Below are positions 35,024 to 46,470 of a DNA stretch of 64,000 nucleotides, one piece after another. A program made the translations under genes and the position numbers. This DNA comes from Oopsacas minuta. Taxonomy: Eukaryota > Animalia > Porifera. Positions within the stretch are counted from its first letter, which is position 1; each line of letters opens with the position of its first letter. The stretch lies in NCBI GenBank assembly GCA_024704765.1, contig JAKMXF010000110.1, positions 558,001 to 622,000 of the forward strand, read 5' to 3'. Below the pieces are notes generated by a model. That model worked only from the letters and a program-made list of their open reading frames with translations, searched no databases and was not told where the DNA came from.

Positions 35024-35707
35024 AAAACTGTGTGTGAACTTAGAAGTTTGTGTATATATTTTAGTTTCATATTCTATTGTAGATTGTGAGATTTTATTTA
35101 GGATATTGCTTTATTCGCTGGTTAGTATATTTGTGTGATAATTGTTAGTTAGTGAATCTTGTAGTGTTTTTTGTTTGGAAGTTCATAGCTGGTTTTTTAT
35201 GTAAAAATATGAAATCTTAAGTGTGTTCAAGATATATTTGTTGTTATTGGGAACTCTTCGGATTAACTGGCTGCAGAATTGGTCAGAGTTATCTAGGTGT
35301 CTGACGGGTGCCTAAAAGTGCAAATATTCATACAAAATCAGGTTAATACAATGGTGCTCAATTGGTATTATGGTGATGTTCGCCTTTTATCAATATTTGC
35401 CTAATAGCAACGAAATTCATGCAAAATATGACTTACTAATAGGCGATCTGCACTGTACGGGTTAATAGGGACACAGGATAAAGCAAACAAATTTTGACAG
35501 TCTGTAAGTTTTCGTATTTACGCGGTTCCACCTGATGTCTCTAAATCTTATATGAGATATTTTATCTTATATTTGCAAGTCTTACAGTCTTTAAATAATT
35601 GAGGTTATTCGGGCGGCCTTGGCTCAGGTTACATGAATATGAATATGAGAAACATACATTGAACAGATAAAACACTGTAGTAAGAATTACATTATAGTAT
35701 TGATATA

Positions 35708-36640
35708 ATGGCATCTGAAGATAATCCCCCAGACGACTCAAACGATGTGTTGTATATCAAGAAAGTTAAGGAAAATAGTTTGATGTATCAGTTTTTTAGA
35801 AAGAAAGATACGTATTGTGGATATAAAAGGGACTATTTAGCTCAGAACCTGTCAGAAATGGAAGAAGGATTTATCGTTTGTAAGAAATGTACAGGAATAA
35901 TGCGAGAAGCTTCTATCTGTAGAGGAGATACTACTTGTTTGGTTTGTAGTGAAACTCCAAGACAACTCAATCCAGTTAAAGCTGTACAAAGTGCTATAGA
36001 AAATTTACAAATAAAGTGTCCTCTCCTCAGAGATTGTTATTGGAAGGGAAAATTGTCAGAAGCTGAGAAACATTTGGTCGAGTGTAAGGTATTCCTTATA
36101 CAATGTAATAACTGCAAACAGATAATTCTGAGAGGAGAGAGTGAAGAGCATTGTAGAGATTTATGTCCAATGCGGATAATCAGCTGTCGTTATTGTAACA
36201 AAAAGGAAAAAGCAATAGACCAGGAAAAACATTTTGATGTTTGCTCGAAATATCCGATTTCTTGCCCAAATAAATGTAGTGATCAGTTTCCAAGAGGTGT
36301 ATTGTCTGAACACAGAGCGAAGTGTGAGTTAGAAGAGATTAGCTGTCCCTTTTCAGAATATGGGTGTAAAGCAAAGTCTATGTTAAGAAGAGATCTCCTA
36401 GCTCACAAGAAGGAGTTCTATATAGAACATACAGACATGAGCTTAATTGAAATCAAACAACTGAGAGGGGAAAATAATTCTTTAAAGAAGAAACAAACTG
36501 AAATCCAATGGGAAGTAAACGTAATGAAGCAACTTGATGGAGTTGAGCAGGATCCTTTTCAAAAGAGAATGCCTGATCCTTTTCAAAAGAGAATGCCTGA
36601 TCCTTTTCAAAAGAGAATGCCTGATCCTTTTCAAGACTAA
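35708..36640 (+). CDS. TRAF-like protein (degenerate RING, TRAF zinc fingers, coiled coil) lacking the MATH domain; ends in (DPFQKRMP)x3.5
   Basis: GYKRDYL, CxxC..CxxC, KCPLLRDC.W.G, CP....GC...MLRRDL..H; stops at QLDGVE, then a 24-bp repeat. Confidence 0.8.
   Translation: MASEDNPPDDSNDVLYIKKVKENSLMYQFFRKKDTYCGYKRDYLAQNLSEMEEGFIVCKKCTGIMREASICRGDTTCLVCSETPRQLNPVKAVQSAIENLQIKCPLLRDCYWKGKLSEAEKHLVECKVFLIQCNNCKQIILRGESEEHCRDLCPMRIISCRYCNKKEKAIDQEKHFDVCSKYPISCPNKCSDQFPRGVLSEHRAKCELEEISCPFSEYGCKAKSMLRRDLLAHKKEFYIEHTDMSLIEIKQLRGENNSLKKKQTEIQWEVNVMKQLDGVEQDPFQKRMPDPFQKRMPDPFQKRMPDPFQD
36551..36634 (+). repeat. 24-bp coding tandem repeat, 3.5 copies
   Basis: gatccttttcaaaagagaatgcct x3 plus gatccttttcaa. 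Confidence 0.95.
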
Positions 36641-37244
36641 ATACCTGATTAGTTCTGTTTAGACTGAATTTATTGTAATTTTGTTATTATTTCTACTAAC
36701 TACATTTCTTAATTACTAAATATTTATTGTTCATATAATTATTACTAGAATTCACAAATTTTGTATTTATAGATACCTTCGAAATGTGGCATACCTCCAA
36801 GATGCGACACAATCCTAACACCAATTCATTTTTCAATGCTAATAATACAATAGACACTTGCGGCATAATAGGAATAACAGCTGTACTGGATTCATAGAGA
36901 TGTCAACCTTGCGTCTCACAGTTTTACATTTAGAGCCACGAAAAATACCGTGAAAGTTGCCATCTTTACAGGATTTCGGAGTCAGTATAATACAGGCCCG
37001 CGGAATGAAAGTTTTAATAGTCAGGTAATGGTTGGATCTGCCGGCCATGTAATATAAGCATTGAATATCAATTAGTGTATAGGGCTGTGCTTACTCAGCA
37101 TCTGGGAGACTGACACATTTCAGAAGGGCAGTAAATGTTGGAAAGGTTTACATATATATACAAATTTTGAAAAGTAAATATTAAATAGTTAAGAAAGTAG
37201 CTAGCACGAAAGATAATTCTGTATAAACAGAACTCAGGTATATA

Positions 37245-38500
37245 CTAATAGAAGGGATCCTTCTTCATCTTTGTAGGTATGGGGCTAGTAACACCTTTAT
37301 ATATTGTAGGTGTCAAACTTTTCAAAGCTACACTATTGTTAACATCAAAGTAGAATCGTATAAACAAAGAGTTGTTAGCTGTTAAGTAATGTGTGTATTC
37401 CCAAGCTGATTCAAGAAACATAACATCACTGACTCCTATCTTCAGTTGATAATTCATTCTTCCTTCTTCATAATAAGGTTTTGTGTAATCTTGTTTGTTA
37501 ACTATAATTACTCTGTAATGAGTGATAAAATCTTCTCCTAAAATGTTGTCAAATTCTCCAGCAATCCTCTTGAGATAGAATTTTAAATTTTCCTCACCGA
37601 ATATCCGAACTGTAGTACAATATATTCTCAGTTTGTAGTTGTTAAGAGAGAACTCTGGTCCTTCAATCTGTATTCCAACAAGTAGTTTATTCATATTCTT
37701 TATTTCCCACTCAACTCCATCAAGTTGCTTCATTATCTTTCCCTCCATTTTCATTTCAATTTTTTCCTTCTTCAGTTGTTTGATTTCAATTAAGCTCATG
37801 TCTGTATGTTCTAAGATATACTCCTTCTTGTGAGCTAGGAGATCTCTTCTTAACATAGACTTTGCTTTACATCCATATTCTGAAAAGGGACAGCTAATCT
37901 CTTCTAACTCACACTTCGCTCTGTGTTCAGACAATACACCTCTTGGAAACTTATCTCTACATTTATTTGGGCAAGAAATCGGATATTTCGAGCAAACATC
38001 AAAATGTTTTTCCTGGTCTATTGCTTTTTCCTTTTTGTTACAATAACGACAACTGATTATCCGCATTGGACATAAATCTCTACAATGCTCTTCACTCTCT
38101 CCTCTCAGAAATATCTGTTTGCAGTTATTACATTGTATAAGGAATACCTTACACTCGACCAAATGTTTCTCAGCTTCTGACAATTTTCCCTTCCAATAAC
38201 AATCTCTGAGGAGAGGACACTTTATTTGTAAATTTTCTATAGCACTTTGTACAGCTTTAACTGGATTGAGTTGTCTTGGAGTTTACTACAAACCAAACAA
38301 GTAGTATCTCCTCTACAGAAAGAAGCTTCTCGCATTATTCCTGTACATTTCTTACAAACGATAAATCCTTCTTCCATTTCTGACAGGTTCTGAGCTAAAT
38401 AGTTCCTTTTATACCCACAATACATATCTTTCTTTCCCTCAACTTTCTTGACATACAACAGATCGTTTGAGTTGTCTGGGGGATTATCTTTAGATGCCAT
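37245..38500 (-). pseudogene. TRAF-like gene with MATH domain, inverted near-identical copy of 35708-36640; 1-nt frameshift near 38285
   Basis: tagt-aaactcc versus tagtgaaactcc in the + copy; the ORF is split into 38500-38237 and 38183-37245; may be an assembly indel. Confidence 0.7.
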
Positions 38501-38841
38501 TCTATTATCAACACTAATTTGATTAATAACAGTATGTGGTATATCTTTTCTTAAACCTTAGCATTGCAATAATCACAATACTCAAGGTATGATAACAACA
38601 TTTGTAAATACTACATCGTCCAATTGATTGGTATAATTGTTGTTTAATTACAAACGACGGCAATAACATTGTTGTTATAGAAAGGTCCGCTGAAAGACCC
38701 AATAAACATTTATTCGACTACTCTGTCTATCTCCTAGATTCTATTACCACATGGCTGCAGTCTGTATAGCAGCAATGTTGGTTATTAGGATACATTAATA
38801 GATTCGTGAATAGCACCATTCAGCTATGTTAGACACGATGT

Positions 38842-38901
38842 TTTTGCAGAAACTGGTCCCCCCAGGACCAGTTTTATAAGGGGGGACCAATTTCTGCAAA
38901 A
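38842..38901. repeat. 60-bp palindromic element
   Basis: ttttgcagaaactggtccccc ... gggggaccaatttctgcaaaa (21-bp arms, 1 mismatch). Confidence 0.8.
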
Positions 38902-38926
38902 CAATACGATACAAGTCATCACTGTT

Positions 38927-38992
38927 TACTCCTATCTTCAGCTGATAATTCATTCTTCCTTCTTCATAACGAGATTTTGTGTAATCTTGTTT
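38927..38992 (-). pseudogene. Stray ~66-bp fragment of TRAF MATH coding sequence
   Basis: KQDYTKSRYEEGRMNYQLKIGV versus KQDYTKPYYEEGRMNYQLKIGV at ~37434-37497. Confidence 0.8.
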
Positions 38993-39314
38993 AAGAAAGC
39001 TCATGCAACGTAAAGTATCTAAGCATGTTTAGAGATCATCGATTGAAGAATGCTTATTACACTTAATGTCTTATCTGTAATATCCAAGTTGTAATGAGTA
39101 CCAATTGCTCCAAAATACAGTTACGATATTAACACAAGGCAGAACAAATATAAGATTCTTTGTAAGACAATACCTGAAATAATTATCAGAAACATTCAAT
39201 GATGAAGACATATAATATTTTGGTAAAAGTGAAATATTGCAGGCTAATGGACTAAATCCACAAAATCATTCTATTTATAATCTTTAAGCTCATGTATAAA
39301 GGAGGCAGTTTGGA

Positions 39315-41819
39315 ATGAAATTAAAGAATAAGAATTCAGTCATGAAGTTACAACTCGTATTACTGATCCTCCATCTGCAGTTAGCGATTTGTAAACAGAA
39401 GTTAGATATTTTAGGTGTATATCCAAGTAGTGGGGATGGTTGGACGGAGCCATTCGTAGAGGATAGTGCTGAGCTAGCTCTCAGACATATCAAAGAAAAT
39501 GGGACAATTCTCACGGATTATGAGCTAGTTTTAGATTGGAAGAATACAAAATGTGATGGGGGGATCGCTCTCAAAAACTTTGTGGATGCTCTTAGCAAGA
39601 ATCCCGACAAAACCTACCTCGCTGTCGTTGGAGGAGGTTGCGCAGTTGCCACTAGTCAGGTGGCAGCTCTCTCGTATCGGTATGGCCTGGCACAAATAAC
39701 CTTTGCATCGACAGCTCCAAATCTTGGAGATGCGGAAATCTACAAAAAGTTAGTCAGGGGAGTGCCTTCCGATTTGAATGCCGTCCCTGCTCGCGCTAGT
39801 TTCATATATGAAAATAACTGGAAGCGTGTTGCCATCATAAATGAACAGGACCCGATATTCGTATCTAGCTCACACTTCATGGAAACTGTACTGGACAAAT
39901 TGAATGTTAGCTACAGGGTGGAAGATTTCGCACCCAATGGTATCATATCATTGGACCAACAGGTCAGGACACTAGCTGATAACATCCGGGAATACAGGAT
40001 AATTATAGCTAACATGTACGAAAATTCCGCAATAAAATTGTTTTGTAAGTTATATCAACAAAAAGAGAAGTATCTACTGCCAACTATATCTACTTGGATA
40101 TTTCTTGGATGGTTCACGGATCAGTGGAATAATAAGGGTGACGTGTTGGAGGAAGTTGGTTGCTCTGCGGAAGAAATAGCACACATATCTAATGGCGCTC
40201 TTGGTTTCCTAGTTGTGCATAGTGAAGATAATTTCAAGGGTGAGACAGGTGACCAGCAACAAACCATTGCAAACAGGCCAACAGCCCAATTATACGAAGA
40301 ATACCGGACATTAGTTGAAGGTAAAGTTGGATCCGAGAATTTCCAAAGTGAATCGGATGTCCATGATGCCTATGTATATGACTCTATATGGACGTTGGCA
40401 CTAGCTTTACAGAACGTTGTCGACAATGGAACGAACCTCACCCAAATATCACAGATGCAAATTCTAAGAGATAGCGATTTCTTCGACGCAAACAGTGAAT
40501 TTGCAAATAGTCTCTATACTAATATGTTAATGCAAGAGTTTAATGGTTGGACAGGGAGGGTTGAGTTCAGTGGCCACGAGAGGTTGTATGATAAGGTACA
40601 GATCCTTGAATTTGTTGATGGTAACTTAGAAGAACGCGAGGAACTCGGAAACATTCCATTTAGCGATAATAGTAACTATACATTTGAGGAAATAGCGAAC
40701 ATTTCATATCTGCCAAGACAGCCCTACAAGTTTTGGGTTAGAAAAGCGGCCAGAGACGGGATAGAGAACGAGCAAGTTCAGGTAGAAATCATCACCATAA
40801 GCATCTTGGTTTCAGTTTGTATTATCATCTACGTCACATTTCTTATAGTCGTGATAATAATTGGGAAATTCCAAAAACTGAAATCCATCAAAAACTCCTC
40901 TCCTATACTCACCTGCATCATTCTTGCTGGGAACTATCTTCTGGTACTAGCTGGAGTATTCTACTTATCAAATGATAGAATAGTTGAACATGATTACTCA
41001 GGATATATAGGTAACATATACAGGGAACCAGCCACGACGGAGGTATGTGAAACACACGTTTGCAAACTGCTTTGCATGTTACCCGTTAGTCTGCTGTTGG
41101 TTGCATCCAGTTTAATTTTCGGTGGAATGATCGGGAAAGCCAGCGTAATCTATTTGCTTGCTGTAAGATTAAGATTCGATTTGGGTCGCAAGGTGCGATT
41201 ACTTGTCCGGTTTGGTTGGATATTGTTGTTCACCTGCATTGACATCATATTCATGATAATCTGGTCCTTAGTTAGCTCTCTTGTTATGAAATCTGAAGTT
41301 CTACCCACTGGCTCAGACACCACTCCATTTATCCGAGTCATACAGTGTGGAATTTCAACTCAACACAATTCAGCAAGTAATGTATTCATTGGTTTGCTAA
41401 TCATATACAAAAGTGTCATAGTATTAATCGGCTTAGTGATGGCTTATAACCTTAGGAATGTTAAGAAGAACAGTCTCAGGTATTGGGGTACAATCACGTG
41501 GACTACATATAACATGACGATATTCACTATCATGGTTATTTTGTCATTTTTCCTTATTCAAGATTACGTCGCTAAACGAACTGTCATTTCTATTCTTGTA
41601 TTAACTACAGTGATAATAACAGCAAGTATTACAGGACTCCCTCCTGTCTACTATAGATTCAGAGACCCGCATTTGAACAAGGAGAATTCTAAAATCTCAG
41701 GGGTAAGAGGTGGAATAGTTCAGGATGAATTGATGCTCAAAAAGCAAGTATCTGCCTTACAGAAAGATAATAGCCAACTCAAGTCAGAGATTGATTTCTT
41801 GAGAAGTGAAACCTTATAA
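39315..41819 (+). CDS. Intronless GABA-B-receptor-like class C GPCR (Venus flytrap, 7TM, C-terminal coiled coil, no cysteine-rich domain)
   Basis: CDGGIAL, GGGCAVAT, ITFASTAPNL, AYVYDSIWTLALAL, F.GWTG.V.F; seven hydrophobic segments; LKKQVSALQKDNSQLKSEI heptads. Confidence 0.85.
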   Translation: MKLKNKNSVMKLQLVLLILHLQLAICKQKLDILGVYPSSGDGWTEPFVEDSAELALRHIKENGTILTDYELVLDWKNTKCDGGIALKNFVDALSKNPDKTYLAVVGGGCAVATSQVAALSYRYGLAQITFASTAPNLGDAEIYKKLVRGVPSDLNAVPARASFIYENNWKRVAIINEQDPIFVSSSHFMETVLDKLNVSYRVEDFAPNGIISLDQQVRTLADNIREYRIIIANMYENSAIKLFCKLYQQKEKYLLPTISTWIFLGWFTDQWNNKGDVLEEVGCSAEEIAHISNGALGFLVVHSEDNFKGETGDQQQTIANRPTAQLYEEYRTLVEGKVGSENFQSESDVHDAYVYDSIWTLALALQNVVDNGTNLTQISQMQILRDSDFFDANSEFANSLYTNMLMQEFNGWTGRVEFSGHERLYDKVQILEFVDGNLEEREELGNIPFSDNSNYTFEEIANISYLPRQPYKFWVRKAARDGIENEQVQVEIITISILVSVCIIIYVTFLIVVIIIGKFQKLKSIKNSSPILTCIILAGNYLLVLAGVFYLSNDRIVEHDYSGYIGNIYREPATTEVCETHVCKLLCMLPVSLLLVASSLIFGGMIGKASVIYLLAVRLRFDLGRKVRLLVRFGWILLFTCIDIIFMIIWSLVSSLVMKSEVLPTGSDTTPFIRVIQCGISTQHNSASNVFIGLLIIYKSVIVLIGLVMAYNLRNVKKNSLRYWGTITWTTYNMTIFTIMVILSFFLIQDYVAKRTVISILVLTTVIITASITGLPPVYYRFRDPHLNKENSKISGVRGGIVQDELMLKKQVSALQKDNSQLKSEIDFLRSETL

Positions 41820-42129
41820 TAGAAGATTGAGTGAAGTAGCATTCATCAATGAAAAGGAAGATACAAAATGTTAATATATAATTATCAGTTAAAAGTGTGT
41901 ATAATATATGTAACCTCTTTACTATATTACACTGCATGATATTTACACTTTTTCAAAACACATATTTCCTCAAATATATGGTCACTTAGAAAGTTGCTAA
42001 ACATGTGAACATACCCGAAGGACTTTATGAGTAATATTCTTGGGTATCGTATTTCTAACTATATGCAACACAATGTGGCCGCATATAAATAGGATTATAA
42101 TGAACTGAATATTAATGAACTGTCTATTC

Positions 42130-43484
42130 ATGGCATCTAAACTAGTTCCACTACCTGACAACAGAGAAGACCTGCTCTATGTTAAGAATTTTAAGAAAGG
42201 TAAAATAATCCATTGTGGGTATAAGAGGGACTATTTAGCTAGGAACCTGACTGAAATGGAGGAAGGGCTTGTTGTTTGTAAAGAGTGTTCTGGAATAATG
42301 CGGGAAGCTTCTATTAGTAACGGCGAGACAACTTGTTTAGTTTGTAGCGAATCTCAAGACTTAAACCCGGTTAAAATGGTGCATAATGCTGTCAATCAAT
42401 TGGAAGTTAAGTGTCCTCTCCTCAGAGATTGTATTTGGAATGGTAAATTATCAGAAGCTGAAAACCATTTAGATAATTGCAATAGCTTTGTACTACAATG
42501 TGTAGATTGTAAAGTAACAGTTACTAAAGGTGAATATGATAACCATGAAGTGAATACGTGTATTTTACGTGAGATAGAATGTGAATACTGCGGTAAACAA
42601 GGAAAGGCTAAAGATCTGGAAATACACAATGAAGTATGTGATGAGTATCCTATTTCTTGTCCTAATAATTGCGGAGAAAAGTTTCCAAGAAGTAAATTAT
42701 CCAACACAAGTCCGAATGTGAGTTAGAAGAGATTAGCTGTCCCTACACAGAGTATGGATGTAAGGCAGAGTCTATGTTAAGAAGAGATCTCCTAGCTCAC
42801 AAGAAGGAGTATATCGTAGAACATACAGACATGAGCTTAGTTGAAATTCAGGAACTGAGAGAGGAAAATAATAGTTTTAAGAAGGAAAAAAATGAGATGA
42901 AAATGGAGGGAAAGATAATGAGGCAACTTAATGGAGTTGAATGGAAAATAATGAATTATTATAAACTACCTATTAATGGCAAGCTAGAAGGACCGATATT
43001 TTATATTAACAACTACAAACTGAGAATATATCTCACCAAGGGCCCAAGATTTTCTGAAAATTATCTCGAATTCTGTCTACAAAGGTTACCTGGAAATTTT
43101 GACAGATCTTTAGGGAAAGCCTACATAACTCAATACAGAATTATTAGTATTAATAAACAAAATATAACTAAATCAGATATAAAAGATGGAATACTGGATT
43201 ATGAGCTTTGTATCGGTAAATACAGTAAACAGTTCCGCGTGGGTTATTTCTGTAATTATCGAGATTGTATTACAGCAGATAATTCCTTGTTTGTGAGATT
43301 CTACTTTGAAGTCAATTCTGAAAAGACTATGGAAACATTGATGACTCTGGAAGAATTGATGTCCCGTGACCAAGATACAACAGAACTCACCTGTCAATCA
43401 CCATCTGATCCTTTCCATGAAGTTTCATTTCTAGAGCTATCGATAACCAATTACAATCCTTTAAGCTTAAATAAGATACTTTGA
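42130..43484 (+). pseudogene. TRAF-like gene with MATH domain; 1-nt frameshift at ~42702
   Basis: Adding one base restores LSQHKSECELEE (paralogues have LLRHKAKCELEE and LSEHRAKCELEE) and fuses ORFs 42130-42726 and 42774-43484; may be an assembly indel. Confidence 0.7.
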
Positions 43485-44038
43485 ATAGTTCTGTTAGGTA
43501 TCTTGTCTATTCTAGTTAGAATAATACATCTTTGATTTTATTAGCATTTTACTGTATTGACTAATATTCCATAGAATAGTGGCTCAGTTCTAGAATGGTT
43601 GCCTTAGTATAGTTAGTATATATTTATGTGTGTTTTCGCTCTGTTGTCACACCTTTAGAGATTAAGACACCATATTCGGTATGTATACTTGTATTGATAC
43701 CATATATTTGAAATTGATCTTTTGTGTATATTTTCACACCTTTTGACACCTCAGCGTTGGTAGTAATAAATAATCTACAAACCTTGCACGTATGTATATA
43801 CACTAGAGTCTCAGAATAATTGACACATTGGGGGCATCGCTTCTGTCCACTTCTCGGAGTGTCCGTTTGGGAGACTCCACTGTGAATACCTAGCAAGATA
43901 TACGAATGAGTTCACCTTGGGGTAATAAATAGAAGACATGACATTATTTCTAGATTTATTTGTTATCTTTACCGCACTATAATCAACAAACAAATAGAAT
44001 TAAACTAGTATAACTAAGAATAACATTCTGTGATAAAC

Positions 44039-44218
44039 ATGGAATCTGAATTGATATATCTAACAGCTGATGTTATAAATGATCTGCTATATGTTACCAC
44101 ATATAAGAATGGTAAATTCATCTACGCTGGTAAGACCTTCAGTGAATCAGTTCTGGAAATTTATTCTATTCAGAGTAAGAACTTCAGATATACCGTGTCC
44201 AACAATATACTCATCTAA
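44039..44218 (+). pseudogene. Possible degenerate TRAF-like N-terminal fragment
   Basis: NDLLYVTTYKNGKFIYAG resembles EDLLYVKKGKKGKSIHCG of the neighbours; the similarity stops there. Confidence 0.3.
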
Positions 44219-44564
44219 GTTGGAAGACTTGGATCATATTTCTTACCTTACTGAAGTTCGTATCTCTTAACAGTTACTCAATTCAACCATTGTGTATACT
44301 TAGCAACGCAGTAGCAAACAGATTACAATTGGTTATGACCGTAAGGTGACCATATACAAAATTTATGGAATTGATGCGTTTGAAACCTGACCAACGGGAT
44401 GGTCTCCTCCGGCCTTGTTGTGAATGATAAAATATGATTGCTTTTCTGCAAAAAGTTACATTAAACGTAGTTATGCTAGATATCACATTACATCTGTAGG
44501 CAACACAAATGTACTGGAGAAGTATAACTAGAATACTAGTGAACTGATTTTCTATCAAATAATC

Positions 44565-45878
44565 ATGGCCTCTAAACTAGTTCCACTACCTGACGACAGG
44601 GAAGACCTGCTCTATGTTAAGAAAGGTAAGAAAGGTAAATCTATCCATTGTGGGTATAAGAGGGACTATTTAGCTAGGAACCTGACTGAGATGGAGGAAG
44701 GGCTTGTTGTTTGTAAAGTGTGTTCTGGAATAATGCGGGAAGCTTCTATTAGTAACGGCGAGACAACTTGTTTAAATTGTGGTCCAAGGAAGTTTAACCC
44801 TGTTAAAATGGTGCATAATGCTGTCAATCAATTGGAAATAAAGTGTCCTATCCTCAGAGATTGTATTTGGAATAGTAAATTATCAGAAGCTGAAAAACAT
44901 TTAGATAATTGCAATAGCTTTGTACTACAATGTGTATATTGTAAAGTAACAGTTACTAGAGGTGAATATGATAACCATAAAGTGAATACGTGTATCTTAC
45001 GTGAAATAGAATGTGTTTACTGTCGTAAACAAGGACTTGCTAAGGAGCTGGATAAGCATTTTGAAGTGTGTGATAAGTACACAATTTCTTGCCCAAATAA
45101 CTGTGGAGAAGAGTTTCCGAGAAAGCAATTGCTAAGACATAAAGCAAAATGTGAGTTAGAAGAAATTAGCTGTCCATACACAGAGTATGGCTGTGAAGCA
45201 AAGTCTATGTTAAGAAGAGATCTCCTAGCTCACAAGAAGGAGTATATCGTAGAACATACAGACATGAGCTTAATTGAAATTCAGGAACTGAGAGAGGAAA
45301 ATAAAAGTTTTAAGAAGGAAAAAAATGAGATGAAAATGGAGGGAAAGATAATGAAGCAACTTGATGGAGTTGAGTGGGAAATACAGGATATAGATAAACT
45401 AACTAATAACAAGAAGCTAGAAGGACCGATTTTCTATGTCAACAACTATAAACTGAGACTATTTCTCATAAAGCAATACATGGAATTTGGAGTTGGCCTC
45501 CGATTCCAGCTGAACAAGATTGAAGGCAGATTTGACAAAAATTCAGAAAACGCGTATATCACTAACTACAGAATTATTTGTGTCAACGAACAAGACATTA
45601 CTCAATCGTATTCAGAAGATGGACAGTTGGACTTTGAGCTCTGCAATGGTAAATACAGTGAATTGTTTGGTTATATTTCAGAATTCCATAGCGGAATTAC
45701 AACAAGCAAGCCCTTTGTTATAAGATTATACTTTGAAGTCAATTCTCAAAAACCTATAAAGCATATCTCGTCGTCAAACGAAGAGAGTTCATCATTTCAT
45801 GCATCGTCAGAACTCTCTGACCCGTTTATATTATCTTTTGATGATATAGTTTCCTCACAGAATAAGTACACTAATTAG
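44565..45878 (+). CDS. Intact intronless TRAF-like protein (degenerate RING, zinc fingers, coiled coil, divergent MATH)
   Basis: 437-aa ORF; tandem paralogue of 42130-43484; VEWEI...LEGPIFYVNNYKLRL MATH start. Confidence 0.85.
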   Translation: MASKLVPLPDDREDLLYVKKGKKGKSIHCGYKRDYLARNLTEMEEGLVVCKVCSGIMREASISNGETTCLNCGPRKFNPVKMVHNAVNQLEIKCPILRDCIWNSKLSEAEKHLDNCNSFVLQCVYCKVTVTRGEYDNHKVNTCILREIECVYCRKQGLAKELDKHFEVCDKYTISCPNNCGEEFPRKQLLRHKAKCELEEISCPYTEYGCEAKSMLRRDLLAHKKEYIVEHTDMSLIEIQELREENKSFKKEKNEMKMEGKIMKQLDGVEWEIQDIDKLTNNKKLEGPIFYVNNYKLRLFLIKQYMEFGVGLRFQLNKIEGRFDKNSENAYITNYRIICVNEQDITQSYSEDGQLDFELCNGKYSELFGYISEFHSGITTSKPFVIRLYFEVNSQKPIKHISSSNEESSSFHASSELSDPFILSFDDIVSSQNKYTN

Positions 45879-46470
45879 CTATGTAAGGATTACACATATA
45901 ACACGAACAGTATTCAGAGATATTTTGCTTACTACTATTTTGTTTTTATGAAAAACATTGCATTCCTTTAGTTTTGTGTATTTTCATTGAATTACGTTAT
46001 CTTGAATATAGCTGCCTTAGTGATACCCAGTTTTAATATATGAATAATCATATTTTCACACCTTTTACTGTCAAAATCATTATTCTAAGTTTAAAATTCG
46101 ATCCCAGGTTTCCCTTTAATATCCCAAACATTATTAGAGCTGAATAAATATAATAAATGATTTCAAATTTACCAAATATGAATAATTATTTCCTAGCCTA
46201 GCAGGGCCCGCTCGCGCTCTCGACGGCCCTGAAAACTATTGACAAATATGTCATATTTATGCATATTAAACAAACAAAGTACACATTTTATATAATATAG
46301 AAATACACGAAAATGAATATAATTGAAAATAGAAATAGCATAAATATGGAGTAAATAACTAACTAGTATTGAAAGCTAAATAATGCGACTAATAGTGTAT
46401 GAATTCACTCAATAAACACACAAATATATGCACTAACACACAGAAATGTCAATAAAACAAGCTAGGAGTT

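Noticed and set aside
37639-37833. Antisense ORFs overlapping TRAF, Ubl and GPCR genes (also 42396, 58873, 61084, 63691 and others)
   Set aside because: Shadow frames of real coding sequence with no independent features
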